Source of the DNA: Amoebidium appalachense
Lineage: Eukaryota > Protista > Ichthyosporea
Assembly: GCA_963693365.1 (NCBI GenBank)
Contig: CAVNZM010000007.1
Location: 7,375,962-7,439,961 of the forward strand
DNA length: 64,000 nt
Direction of reading: 5' to 3'
This document shows positions 34,041-58,844 of the stretch, piece by piece (positions within the stretch are counted from its first letter, which is position 1; each line of letters opens with the position of its first letter). The notes beneath the pieces are model-generated. The model did not search any database. It had not been told where the DNA came from and saw only the letters and a program-made list of their open reading frames with translations. The translations under genes and the position numbers were made by a program.

Positions 34041-35332
34041 GGAGATGGAACCACTCAACGTCACCACTCCCACGGTGCTCGTCACTCGACTCAGCCATCA
34101 GCCATCAGTCACTCAAGACGCCTTTGAAACTTCCGGATGCGGATAAGGTTTTATTTCGCACCATATATGGTTTGTATGCACAAAAGAGATTGGCTACCTT
34201 TCGAATACCCCCTAAACTTCTTTGTGCATAAAACCCCCTACAAGATCAAAGGAATTCGAATGCCACTGCCCCAGTCTACAATGCGCATGCAATACCGCAA
34301 TGCGTCCGCAAATCGATTCAGGAAGGAGCGTGCAATTGTATAACAAGAACAAATGTGTATACTAAGAAACACGGTGGTTCAATTCCTACACCTTTTCTTG
34401 CTTAAATTGTTAACCGCTTTGGTAACGCTACAAGCACTGGCCCAAATGGATCTTTGGAACTCCACATTTGGGGAGAAATTTTCGCCTGGGCTTCATGGGA
34501 TGTGGCGGCTGCCGATGTCTTGAAAATTTGAAATTTCGAACCGTAGCTACGTAGGCACTTGAAGCCCATAGCTGCACTATGTCAATGTGCACATCCTACT
34601 AAATTTACATTTTCATTACATCAACTAGAATTACACACAGTCATTCTAATTAAAATCCTTCCTAGAAGGTTGACGACATATACCAATACGCATGTTGGCT
34701 GGATAGCTTGTGCATGTCGCCCGCTTTGAAGGCAAAAAATATAACGTCCTACCAGTACCGCAAGTAAAATTTAGTAAACAAGCAATTGAAAATTTTGACA
34801 CATTGAGCCCCCACCTGCAAAGGGGTTGTCGCATTCATACTTCTATGATGCACGCAAGCCGCTCAACTTCAAGTTTCACAGTCTTGAACGGCTCAAAACT
34901 TCCATGGTGTGGTGTTCTTACATTTACAATTGTAGCTTTATAGAGTCATTTGTTACAAGTCCTAAAGAGTAAAAGTAGCTGTTTGCGTATTATTACATAG
35001 GATACAAATAACGCAAGCAAGGTTTTCCTATGCTGCCACTGAGAGCGCCTATCTAGGTCACACATTTTCCTCGCGACAATTCAAAGTTTTCACTGAGCCA
35101 AGCAGTGGTTCTCTGCTTACTCTTTTGCATTTAGCACATTATCTCAAACGACAATTCTGCAATTACTATAATCACCACCTACTAACGGAATATTACTATG
35201 TAAGTTTAGCATCAGCATTGCGGCTCAAGTCGCTTCTTCAACACTGACGTTGTGAGTGCTTTCAGAGTACCCAATCTCTTCTACGGTTGACATTACATTT
35301 ACACCATCCGGTTCCACGGTGCAAGAAGTAAA

Positions 35333-35755
35333 ATGGGGTTTAGCATGTTCAAGAAGGAATTTCGCGCGTCTTTTCGCAAGTCGGTAGAGCGCCGACTATC
35401 ATTCCGCAACAAGCAAAAGGGCCGACGCGTATCTTTCAGCGACGAAGTCCAGGTGCATGAAACATACGCGAAAGACACAGGATTCTTCAGCGAATACAAT
35501 CGACGCTCCATCTTTCGCAAGAAGAAGCCCCTAGAGACGCAGCAAGTTTTGTCGGATATTGAGACCGTACGCAAAGAGCTGTTCCCTGATGGAAACTGCT
35601 TTCCTGTTTCCCGGGATACTCTGGATGTAAGCGAGCATGCACCTATCCCTGAAACGAAACATGACCCCGAGGGTGACCAGAGTGACCAAGCAAACCATGA
35701 CGCTGGGGTGGAAACTACACAGATCACAATACTTGCGGCGAGCTGCAGTGCATGA
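35333..35755 (+). CDS. Small intronless protein with a PP1-docking RVxF motif (Bni4/neurabin-like segment)
   Basis: ATG-to-stop ORF of 140 aa in non-repetitive DNA. Contains GRRVSFSDEVQVHETY...EYNRRS...IETVRKEL. Confidence 0.65.
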   Translation: MGFSMFKKEFRASFRKSVERRLSFRNKQKGRRVSFSDEVQVHETYAKDTGFFSEYNRRSIFRKKKPLETQQVLSDIETVRKELFPDGNCFPVSRDTLDVSEHAPIPETKHDPEGDQSDQANHDAGVETTQITILAASCSA

Positions 35756-36567
35756 TTGCTCCCGTTGGTTTAACATTGATACGCTTGGGGTAGCCATACC
35801 ACGAGGCATGCGTAGATCTAGAGATCTAGCACATCCGTTTTGTTTATAGCCGTTGTATGAGAAATGTGGCATGAATTTCTTGAATTCACCTTTTTGAGCA
35901 TTGTGGTCACCAGTATTTTTTATATTAAAATTACTCTTTCTGTATAGGTACGTGAGATGAGGTCGCAGTCTGCAGACGGGGCACGTTCTTGGTGTATTTA
36001 CGCTCTTTAAATTTTCTCAAGGACTTGTGTGGCATTTTTAAAGTAGGGTGTGGCTTCCCATGTGCATACACAAGCAATGGAAACAACCCACACCGATAAA
36101 CAGAAAAATACACATGCACATACGTCCAACGGCACGCTCCAGCCCTAGCGGTTCTCTGCCTTCCCATCCCTTAATGCCCCATATACCTTCACCCACCTTA
36201 AGACATCCTTTTCAAAAAAAAAAAGACATAAGCAGGCACGTGCACACCAAGGCACGGCCTCTCTGAAAACGACGTGAGTGACCTGAGGTCTTCGAGACAG
36301 CCCCTAAGGTCATTTTGAGATGTTAAGAGAGTTGGAAGAGAAAAGCTGCTATTATGACCCCGAGCAACTGCAACTGCGTAGAGGGGGTGGGTGACAGAAA
36401 AGGAGAAGGGGGGGAGGGAGGGAGAGAGAAAGGAAAGCGGGAGAGCGAGGGGAAAGAGAGACAGACAGACACCGAGAGAGAGAGAGGGAGGGAGGGTGAA
36501 AGAGAGAAAACGGGAGGGTGGGAGACGGAGGAAGAGGAAGGCAGGGAGAAAGGGAGGGGGAGAGGGA

Positions 36568-36601
<34 letters not shown>

Positions 36602-37066
36602 CGGGCAGGGAGGGAGGGAGGGAGGGAGAGAGAGGGAGAGAGGGAGAGACATAGAGAGAGAGAAGATAATGAGGGGGGGGGGGGGGGGGGGATGGAGGGG
36701 GGGGGGAGGGGGGGGGGGGCAGAGGGAGAGGGGGGGGGGGGGGGGGAGAGAGAGAGAGAGTGAGTGAGAGAGAGAGAGAGATAGAGAGTGAGGGAGAGGG
36801 AGAGAGAAAGGAGGGGGGGGGGGGGGGGGGGAGGGGGGGGAGGGAGGGGGGGGGGGGGAGCGTGAGACAATGAACCGTGTAGGATCGTGTGGATCTTGGA
36901 GCAGGCGTTCAAGCACACGGCCATTTTAAACAAGGTGGCCGGGGTCAAGCATCGGCGAGGCCAGTGGGGGTTGCGCGACGTTGTAGAGTCCTCCTCAGTT
37001 ACCTTTGAAATGGAATTTGGTGTGTGTGTTGGTGTATGTTAGTTGTTGCTGGACCCCTCGGGGGGT

Positions 37067-37097
<31 letters not shown>

Positions 37098-38156
37098 GGG
37101 GATGGGAGGTGGGACGGTGGGGAGGGGGGGGGGGGGGGGGGGGGATTTGTGTTCCGAGTGCGGGTAACAATGTTGTTAAGTCTCCCCGTGCTCTTTACTG
37201 TCTATAATAAAAAATGTGAGGGCCTCCTTTTCTGCCCTCTCGGTCACGGTGGCAGCACGGCGGACGGGCCGGACGGCGGTGCGAAGTTTTGTGTTGTGCT
37301 CCTTTTCTTTGCCCCCCCTCAAATAGGTGCGCGGTAAACGAATCAGACACAGGGAGCTCGAGATGCTTTCGTTTCTGCTGCGGTGATAAAATGGAATTTC
37401 TTGAAAGTACATGGGGCGATATTATTCGCTATATATCACTAACGCTGTCACTTATTGGTTAAAACGCTTGGTATGTCAACCTCGCGAATTGCCGCTTGCT
37501 TGGATAGATTGGTCCAAACCTTGCTCTGAAATGTAAAAGACACGAGAATGAAAGCGGATTCTGTTGCATACCATTTTGCAATTGCACATAGCACATCGTT
37601 TTTGTAGATGCAGAGTTCATAGCGAGAAACATCTAGCAAAGATTCGCAAACTATTGTCTGTATATAAATAAATACTGCGGTCCAAGTGCATGGGCAGTGC
37701 GTCAGCTATCAGCCTATGGTGCCCGCGTGTGTCTGCACCAGGTATCATTACGTTCAGTCCGTCGGACCAAACGGAACAACGGCTGGTGTACTTACCAGGT
37801 AGTTACATGGCCCAGCATGAAACAGCATACAGTAAACATAGATTCACATGTGCTGCATTGAAAAAGGAACCAATGTGCAGTATGGCATAGCCATGGGAGC
37901 TGTTTTTCTGCTTCTTCAGTTCCACTCTTTTTGGTTTCGTCTCTCAATGCAAGGCCTTGCAACAGCCTGCCTGCAGCCGCAGCTGCTAGTTTTTCTGTAA
38001 AGCCTAATACTAATTTCGTTTCCCTATTCTCCCTCCCCCCCGCTCCCCCACCCCCCTCTCCCCTCTCCCCCCTTCCTTACCCCTCCCCCCCCTCCTCCCC
38101 CTCCCCTCCTTCCCCTTCCCCCCCCCCCCCCCCCCCCCCTCCCCCCACCACCACCA

Positions 38157-38198
<42 letters not shown>

Positions 38199-38524
38199 CC
38201 ACCATCCTTCCGATTTCCTTTTTTCCCCCCCTATTATTGATTCATGAAAATTCAGTGCCCACGTAATACCGTTTGCATGTATGTCGTTTTGGGCGAAAAT
38301 AGGATTGCTTGTGCGCCGCAGGTTCTTTATAACAATTGGGTTTGAGCATCACCACATGTCATTTCTTTCTAAACTTTGAATTTCGCGCTGTGCATGAACC
38401 TCTTATTCAATGATTCTCTAGTAAGAACAAAAATTGCAGTGTACTAACTCTCCACACATGCAAACTGTCCGCATAGGTTTTTCATTCTAGCAACCCCTGT
38501 GCAACTTGAAGTCAGCACAGCAGC

Positions 38525-39828
38525 ATGGCGTCTCTCCTTGCAGCTGAGGTGGAGGCCGCACAAAGGGCCGTCATGGAGCCCTTGGTACGTATCCGGGGGG
38601 AGAGGGGGGGGAGGGGGAGGGGGGAGAGAGAGGGGGGGGGGAGGGGGGGGGGGGAGGGGGGGGAGGGGGGGGGGGGGGGAGGGGGCATATTCAAGTGCGC
38701 TTCAAGTCCCGGCAAGTAGGATGATGATTACCGTGCGCGCGCGTGAATTATTCGTTACAGCCAGCACAGACGAAGTGCGAGTGTCACCGTGCAAGTCCAT
38801 ATGGCAGTTGAATATCTCCGGGGGTCAAGCTGAGAACGTGTGTCGTGTGTGTGCCGCCTAAATGGAATGTTCTTTTCCTGTCTTTTTATTTTTTCAATTT
38901 CTTGTTTATTTATCAATAATTATTATCGATGATTATGATTATTATCATTACTATATGATGTTGGGGGGGGGGGGGGGGGGGGGGGGGAGGGGGGGGGGGG
39001 GGGGGGGGGGAGCGTGCATGTTGGTCGCTAATTGTAAGTTGTGTTTCCTCTTTCTAAACTAAGCACAATGTTCGCACTTTTTAAATGCTGGGGGGCCGCA
39101 CGTGAATAACATTGGGTTGCATTTTTCTATTTCTTTTTCTTTTTCCTTTTTTTTTTTACCTGGTTTGGAATAAAATAAAGAGGTACTTCGATTGAGTTTC
39201 GAAAAAGGCCACGCAGGCTGAAAACCACTTTCACGTTGCATATATGCACATATGCACCGTGCACCTCTACTCACACCTTCACCCAAACACTCCACAGGCC
39301 GAGCTTAGTGATTGGGAGCTCCGCAAAAAATGCGGACAGGCAGGCTTGGATGTGGCCGGAAACAAGCGGGAGCTTATTGGTATGCACTGAGAAAAATCCT
39401 TTCCCCCCCCACCCTCTTCCCTCCTCACCCCCCCTGCCTCCCTGTACGTGTGGTCTCACTCTCAATGTGAACCCGTTCTTTCTTTCAGTCCGTTCGTTAC
39501 CTTTAATGGACACATTTCTTGTTTCCATCTCTCTCTCCCCCCCTCCCCCCCCTTCCCCCTCCTCCCCCCCCCCCAACCCCCCACCCTCCCCTCCCTCACC
39601 TTCCCATCTGACACTACGCACAACCGGGCACACTCATTTTGTGGGCTAAACTTTCCAAACCTGTTTCCCGTTCTCACCCTCCTCCTATTTTTGCGCTTAC
39701 CCTCCCCTTGCCCCAAAACCACAATGAGACACCTTAATAACACCCACCCGCAAAAAATTCTGCAAAACATCAGTGACATCCATATCAAGCTCCCCTTTTG
39801 GTTCAAAACAGCGACACCCCCCCCTCCC

Positions 39829-39859
<31 letters not shown>

Positions 39860-40281
39860 CTTTCCCCCCTTTCCCCCCGTGGGCTCCAAATATGATGCAT
39901 ACTACGTGTTGCTGATGTTGCAGTCTTTCATGTATGTATGCTTTGCATGCTATCACGTGTCCTGTGTCCTGCACCGTGTTTCTCAATGTGTATTTGTAGG
40001 GGGGGTTACGGGAGGGGGAAAGGGCGAGACATGCCGGGGGCAAAAGTGTGTGTGTGTGTTGGGGGGGGGGGGGGGGGAGGGGGGGAGGGGGGGGAGGGGG
40101 GGGGGGGGGGGGGGGGGGGGGGACGACCACCATTAACCTTGTTTGCTCCACACGTGGGAGTTAAGATTTCCTTGAGAGATGATGAGTGGATGGATGGCAG
40201 TGATAGTGGTGGCGGTGAGGTTGGATGTGGATGGTGGTGGTGGTGGTGGTTTGGGGGGGGGGGGGGGGGGGGGGGGGGGGA

Positions 40282-40314
<33 letters not shown>

Positions 40315-41464
40315 GGGGGGCGAATTTGAAACTCAGGATGTATCACCCAGAAAAACAAGGAGTCCCCCTCCCCCCCTCCCCCCCCCTCCCCTCCCCCCCC
40401 CCCCCCCCAAAAAAAAAAAAAAAAAAAAAAAGGCAGGACCGAAAAGTGACACAAAATATGACACACAGGACCCCTTCTCCCCCCCCCTCCCTCCCCCCCC
40501 CCCCCCTCAGAGAGCCCCCTTCCCCTCCTCATCCCCCCCCCCCCCCCCCAACTTGTGACGAAATCAGATGCACACACACTCCATGACTTAACTTTATTCC
40601 TATTGTCCCACAGTCCGCCTTGCCCGCTACGAATTCAACAAGACCTACCCCAACGGATTCGTCACGCCCCCCTCAAGTCCAAGCACGGGCCGTCAGGAAA
40701 TCAAATTTACACGCACCCGTGCTTCCAGTATAGACCCCCCCAAAGATCCCCAACCAGCCAGCCCCTCCTCCCCGAATTCTCCGAAATTGAGTGCACCAAG
40801 ATCTCCGATTAGCGGGGATCGCAGACCGCGATCGAAAACCATGGGCGAAATCCGCACGCCAGTTAGTGGCGCGCCGGAGGTTAATCCTGAACATGAACCG
40901 ACAGACGAAGACAGACTGAACGACATAAAAGCGTCTTTGGAGGAGGTGGGAGAGTTTGACCTCAGGAGGCAGATTGGTGCCGCGGGGTTAGAACCGACGG
41001 GAAAACGCGAAGAATTGATCAATCGATTGGCCAGGCACATTTTAGGATTGCGCCAGATTCAGCAGTCAGCGACAACGACAAAAGCGGAGGAAGCATCGGA
41101 AGAAAGAATCAGAGGGAGGTTAAGGGGAATGTCGATTACGCAGTTAAGGCAGAGCGCAAACGAGAAGGGGCTGGAAGTTGCAGGAAACAAAGAGGAATTG
41201 ATAGATCGAATCATGAACGCGGTGACTGAACGATCGCAAGATCGCGACAAGAGAATGAACGAGGCGGAGTTAAAGAAAAAAGTGCAAAAGAAAGTGTTAA
41301 AGGACATCATGGCACTCGATGAGTTGCAGTTGAGGGTGAGGGCCGCTAGATTGGGATTGGAGGTGGCGGGAGATCGGCACGATCTGGTGGTTCGGATTGC
41401 AAAACATGAAACTGCGATTGCGTTTAAGGCAATCGATGACAACGGAGAGGAAAGGGTGTCTTAG
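38525..41464 (+). CDS. Protein with four SAP-like DNA-binding repeats. Exons 38525-38584, 39298-39379, 40614-41464 (330 aa)
   Basis: In-phase GT-AG splicing. Repeats are LSDWELRKKCGQAGLDVAGNKRELIVRL, VGEFDLRRQIGAAGLEPTGKREELINRL, MSITQLRQSANEKGLEVAGNKEELIDRI and LDELQLRVRAARLGLEVAGDRHDLVVRI. Confidence 0.85.
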
Positions 41465-41661
41465 GTGGTGGTTAAGGGGAGTGGATGGTGGATGGTGGTG
41501 GATTTGTGTTGGGTGCTATCGGATGAGAACTGATGTGCTGGCAACTTAAATCGGTGTGGCCAATTGCAAAGCAGCTTATACTGAGTGCAAGTCTCAAACA
41601 GAAAGTCTTTTGTCTTTTTTTTTTCTTTTGTAAACTTTGATGCGTCTCGGGGACACAAAAT

Positions 41662-41738
41662 TTGGCATGGCGGATTGGGGATTCGAACCTCAATCCTCGC
41701 GGCTACGAGCTGGGAGCTCTAACCGCTAGGCCAAAAGG
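41662..41738 (-). pseudogene. tRNA-derived sequence (tRNA pseudogene or SINE head)
   Basis: The minus strand has A-box TGGCCTAGCGGT and B-box GGTTCGAATCC at tRNA spacing, but the acceptor and anticodon stems do not pair well. Confidence 0.6.
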
Positions 41739-42004
41739 TACGCGCGCTGATGGTTGATCCATTATGCGACTTTTGTTCCATTCGAGTGATCAAGTACATA
41801 GCGAATACAGAGCGGATCTGTATGTGAGCGAGCACGCGAACGGCGCGAGTTTACACTCTCTTTTTTTTTGCCCCCCTCCAGGTTTGCTTTCCTGCGATGC
41901 TTTCTAGCGGCTTTTCTTTCTTTCTTTCTGCTTCTCCTTTTTTCTTTTTTTTCTTCTTCTTCTTTTTTTTTTCTTTTTCTTTCTTTCTTTTTTTTTTTTG
42001 GGGG

Positions 42005-42035
<31 letters not shown>

Positions 42036-43130
42036 GACAGGGGGGGCTTTGCCTGGAATTAGGGGAGATCATGTTTTGTGTATATTGAGCTGCTTTAGTA
42101 TCTATAGTTTGACTTTCTACCAGGCTGCTCTTATTTTGATTGCCCAGGCCTGGTGCTTTCCGTTCGAAAACCTGTGTTAAAGTTTCTGGCTTTATGTGTG
42201 CGGACCGAAATTTTCGCAGTGACCTGAAGGCATCTAGATCTGCCATTTACTTGAGAGTCTAGTATAGATAGGATCATAAGCTCATGATGCATCATGAGCA
42301 TCATTTTAATTTTTCATATCATGCAGGCTAATTATATAAAGTTTAAGAATCTAGACAATTTTTCGTGCCATATGCATCTTGGGATTCCTGCTGTCAGAGA
42401 GAATAATAATGGTGGACCAGTGTTCCATGTGTAAATAGTTTGGAAGCCTCACCACACGCTCTCTCTAGATTAGGCACGGGGTGTCTTTTTCACATTAAAA
42501 ACAAACTGCGATATAATGAAAAGAAGGATGTCAGCCTAAGGAAACTTCTTGCGTTCAGAGAAATGGTTCGGACCTGGCGCATGGCATGCATGGGAGACAG
42601 GTGCACCGTGTGGGGAGGGTGGGGCAGAGTGCGTCGACGCGGGGGGGGGGGGGGGGGGGGGGGGGGGGAGGAAGGGGAGGGGGGGGGGGGGGAGAAGAAG
42701 GCCAGCGGTGATATCTGGGAGGGAATTTCAATGGATAAGCTCTTGTGGCTGGGAGATACAGAGAGTGGCCATACGTGTGGGGTTAAGGTAATAATGCCTG
42801 GCACACACATGGAGAGAAGTATATTGGCATTGTAGGTGCGGGGTAGATTCTGTGGATCATCGTGCCACTGTGTGTCTGTGGGTATTTTGGGTTATAACTG
42901 GTCGAACACCGAACAGAAGGCACCTTTGTGAGAGGGGGGGGGGGGGGGGGTGGGGGGAGGCTGGGGGTGGGGGGCGGAGGGGGGAACGGGGAGGGATGGG
43001 ATGCGTTACAGAGCACGAAGTGCTGATCAGAAGTTAAACTGTTAACGAGGTTTAATTATAATACCATTGAATGCAGGTTTTGCAATACAGACCACTGGCA
43101 CAGGAGCAGGGCTGGTTGCGGGAGGGAGAT

Positions 43131-43177
<47 letters not shown>

Positions 43178-43181
43178 CTGC

Positions 43182-43308
<127 letters not shown>

Positions 43309-43518
43309 GAGCGTACGTCGTGTGTGTACATGTGCATTAATACTGCTTTGTAGACGCCCACTCTAGCTTATAATTAGCCTAACAGTAGACCCTCGAATTC
43401 ATTGACACTTGGGTGGGTATGTAACCGTTACGGCCCCACGCGTATGGCCCTCAACTGAGTTCAAGGCAGATTTTTGGCCCTGAAACGACTTCACCTGGGT
43501 TGGGGAGAGGAAGGGGAG

Positions 43519-43549
<31 letters not shown>

Positions 43550-43654
43550 TTTTTTTTTTTTTTTTTGGGGGGGGGGGGGGGGGTTGGGGGCTGCTTCACG
43601 TGGAAGGAGGCGAGGGTGTGAGTGTGTGTGTGTGGTGGTGGTGGTGGTGGTGGT

Positions 43655-43693
<39 letters not shown>

Positions 43694-44528
43694 AGGAAGG
43701 GGGGGGGGGGAGCGGCCCGGGGGGTACCGGTGCTGTTCAAAATGGCTGGGGAGGAGAGGGGGGGGGGTGCTGTTCAAGATGGCTGTGGGGAGGGGGGAGG
43801 GGGGAGAGGGGGGTTGCCGGAATACATGGACATGCACCTGCGGCACCGTCGGCGATGTGGCGCACGCGTTTCATGTGCCACAGTGCCTGCCGCCAATGAT
43901 GGCGTGCCACCGTCCCTGCACGCGTCACATGCATACCTTCGAATCCACCAGATGAAACGCCGGACTGTTGAGTTCAAACAGTCGTTAACATGCATACATT
44001 CTGTACTTAGATTGCTCGGACATTATGAACATTATCTCCTGTCTCCACAGAGCTGTGGTTACTCGTGTACCGAGGCTACTAGGCAAACATGAGGAATCGA
44101 GTGGACCGTTCATGTTCGAACACGTGTCGAATCGATCCAACTCGTGGAATTTCAGTCCTAATCAGTTCTGTCGCTTCATTGGTTGTTTTTAACGATAAAG
44201 GGATCTAAAGAGGAATGCGGGTGTCAAGATGACCTCTCGAGGCTTCCGACGTCACGTCATCTCCTCCGGTGACTGTCGAGGCCCAAGCAGTATACAAGTA
44301 TGTGTGGGGGGAAAATATGAAAATGGAATCAACCGTTTATTTATTAATTCAAGTCCGTGATGTTTCATGCACGCTATATACTACATAGTATTACCTCGTG
44401 TTTGTATCATCGCGGCACACTTTCGAACTCCCCACATTCCGATGTCCAACCAGGATAAACTGAGGAATGTTTTGGTATGTGGAGGCCCATAGAGTGTGAC
44501 GCCGTTACGGTGGGCCTTCTTCTTGTCA

Positions 44529-44575
44529 CTCAAGCCCACGGCCATCTAGAGTCTCTAGATGGCCGTGCTCAAGCC
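44529..44575. mobile_element. 31-bp perfect palindrome (44537-44567) flanked by 8-bp direct repeats: micro-MITE or transposon remnant
   Basis: CTCAAGCC [CACGGCCATCTAGAG T CTCTAGATGGCCGTG] CTCAAGCC. Confidence 0.75.
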
Positions 44576-44970
44576 AGCAATCACTGTCCAAGAAGAAGCG
44601 AACGAAAAAGGTTCAGAACAATGATTAAAGTCAGGAATATTTCTCTCTAATATGATACTCGTAATGCATATGACTGATATATATACTCTTCAAGTCCTCA
44701 GCAGGGACGACGTGTTGTAAAACGCGACACAAATTAACAGCGAAAAGCGATTCAGAAGTGTATTTCATTCGCTAGCGGGTCTTGGAAGCTTGGATGTCCT
44801 ACTGACGTATCCATGCAAACCGTTCAAGAAACCCTATACACCAGTAACAAAACAGTCTTGAAAGAGTATAACACGAGGTGTAGATTTCCACAATCTTTCC
44901 CTCACTTCTCTTAAAGCAGTATTCTAAAGTCTTGTTAGCCACGGAGCCTGCAATGCGCTCACAGTGAATC

Positions 44971-55968
<10,998 letters not shown>

Positions 55969-56066
55969 AACTCAACGGATGGGGCCTGATTGGTCGGTGC
56001 ACCGTCAAAATATTTGAGGTGGGTTTACCATCACTGATTTTTTTTGAGCGGAAAAAATCACCTGCG

Positions 56067-56100
<34 letters not shown>

Positions 56101-57081
56101 CCCCGCCCCATCCCTTCAACCCCACCCACCCCCCTTCCCCCCCCCCCCCCCCCCCCCCGCGCCCCGCCTCCTCCCCCGCCGTCTATTCTCCTCCCTCAAC
56201 TCTTTTCCTTCACCCATCCCCAACAACAGCCACACACCCACCCACACTCCCGCATAGACGTAGATGCTTCCACACACACAGAAGAGTACCACCCATACAG
56301 ACGCCAGCAGAGCCAAATCCCCCCCCCCCCCTCCGCCCCCCCCCCTGGTCACATACCCTCCTGCCTATCACAAAGAATGCTGTGACTCTAAAGTGGACAC
56401 TCATTCAGAACACTCCGTTCCTCCTACCTCAGATTTATGTCCGCCGTTCTCCCCCCTTCCCCCCTTCCCCCCTTCCCCCCCTCCCCTCCCCCTTCCCCCA
56501 ACCCCCACCCCCCTTTCTTCGAACCCACTCCTTGCATCCCTACCGAGCCGCCAACTCCCCCCCCCCCCCCCCCCCCCCCGGGGGCCCCATCCCCACCCTT
56601 CCTCCCTGCGGCACCGTTTATGTAAGCTGTCGTCTCAACCCATGCTCTGTTCTGAGAATTCTGTCGCCCACTACCAGCTTTTTGTGCAGTGACCCTTTTT
56701 TTTTTTTCACGTTCCAGTTACTGCACAAAAGACCTGTAAGAGCCAATAAGCAAGAACTTCAATACTCTTGCTTAGGAATTTTGGGCTTGACCAACTCATC
56801 ACCCCCCCCCCCCCCCCCCCCCCCCAGGGCTCTAATCGTGAATTTGGATAGCATACCGGCGTTTAGAACACAATAATTTTAAGTTGTTCTTGTTATATAC
56901 TGATTGGTAAGAGCTATGTTATTGCAGGTTGGACGGTCTGCCTTCATGTCCTCAGTCACGGTGACGGGCGCAGGAACAGCCGTCACATTGCCCGTCCAAA
57001 AAGCATGGTTTAGGTATGGCTCCCTTCCTACGCAGTCTTAACGCACACACACACACACACACGCTATGACACGCGCGTGCG

Positions 57082-57120
<39 letters not shown>

Positions 57121-57425
57121 TGACGCTTACACACACACTTACACACACACGCACACACGCACACACACACGCACACACACCAACTCGCGCTCCCAGGTAG
57201 TGCGACGTGCAATCGTAACAAACACACCTCTGCCCCTTCTTCTGGTTGTGTCTCACCCATTACTGCCCCAAAAACTTTTGCACGTTATAGGCTTACCCTA
57301 TGCCTTCAACACTGACTCACACGCACATATGTGTCTGTGTTGTGTATGTGTGTCTCTCTCTCTTTGTCTGTGTCTACAAGCAAAAACATGTAGTAGGTGG
57401 AAGTGGTGGCTGCTACTGTGCAATT

Positions 57426-57458
<33 letters not shown>

Positions 57459-57522
57459 TGGTTGGGCGGGGCGCGGGGGGGGGGGGGGGGGGGGGGGGGG
57501 GGATTCCAGAAGTTTTTTTTTT

Positions 57523-57561
<39 letters not shown>

Positions 57562-57589
57562 TGTCTTCTTTTTTCCTTTCTTTCTTTTT

Positions 57590-57632
<43 letters not shown>

Positions 57633-58813
57633 CAGTCTTTAAAATTTTTTGGGGGGGGAAGGGGGGGGGGGGGGGAAGAGATGGTGGTTATGTACAACAT
57701 ATGTACAACAGACTCGGTCACATAGGCTAACCAGGGTGTATGCTTGCAGGTCACCTGGCACGGCCATTCCACTGCAGGTGACCGTAACAGCCAATGGGGT
57801 GACCTCAAATAGACTACTGATTGCAGTGGCAGCGTGATGATTGGATGATAGGCAACTGTCACAGTATGCACAACACCCGAGGTTTCAGTGCCGCGGCACA
57901 TAGTAGCCACTGTTGGAGGTCATATGGGCCGGTGTAAATCTGAAAGTACGGCGGACCCGTGTATATATGAAGGTATTGGCCTGTAGCTCGGGGACAACCA
58001 ATAATATCACCGTGGTGCAATGGAAAGTAAGAAAAAACTATCGGAGCATACACCGGCTAGTTAGTAGTACTATTGGGGTTGGAATGTTAACCTGTGCTTT
58101 TTTGTTTTAGTTATAATTTAAAGTCTCTGGGGATCTTAATGGACCTCTGAATCGATGGCTAGTCATTTCGCAACACTGAGTTTTCTTTTTGTACATACGG
58201 AGAGATTCAAGTAGTCACAATAATCTAGTAGTAGTAGGTTTCTGTTGAACAATAGCTTTAAACTGTAGGCCTAAAGGTAGATATGATGTAACATAGTAAT
58301 ACTAAGCCAGATACGCGACTTTATGTATGTAGTATGTATTCATAGCATGTAGTAGGATGTCACATGGACATTATTCACATGGTCAGCGTGCTAGAAAGGA
58401 CAATGCGGCACACGTTGCAGTGTGCGAGATCACGTTGTCGATATCGATACCCCGCCCAAGTGAAAGCCAGGCCCGAAGAGCATAACCGGGCCGTCTTAGT
58501 CTACCCTGATCATGACAGCCTGAAATGAAACTATTATACATGAGTATCACGTGCACCGAAGTTCTGTGTTGCATATGCATAGTAACCTCACGTAAGGTAC
58601 AGTGTAGTAACCATTTGGTCAATATACTAATTGCTGTGCCAGTGTAAGATTGTGGCTTGAAATTTGCACTTTGCACAATATCAGACAGCTGCAGATCTAA
58701 AGTTTTGAAACACTGATGTGGTGGCGGTGGTGAGTGAGCTGTGCCCGAGTTCAAGAGTGCGTTGGCAAGATTAGGCCGAGTTTCGACTTGCCAGTGATCT
58801 CCCATACCCCTTC

Positions 58814-58844
<31 letters not shown>

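Noticed and set aside
30430-34330. Possible multi-exon membrane-protein gene (hydrophobic YVWFALCIVLPVVTVYFVLY and other islands)
   Set aside because: Could not join the islands into a phase-consistent, stop-free model. It may be a real or decayed gene, so RNA-seq is needed.
36860-37005. Exon-like island on the minus strand
   Set aside because: No recognisable motif or compatible neighbouring exons.
41662-41738. Functional tRNA (CGT-centred loop)
   Set aside because: Acceptor and anticodon stems do not base-pair.
42280-42299. 20-bp perfect palindrome GCTCATGATGCATCATGAGC
   Set aside because: No clean flanking TSD or second copy, so insufficient to call an element.
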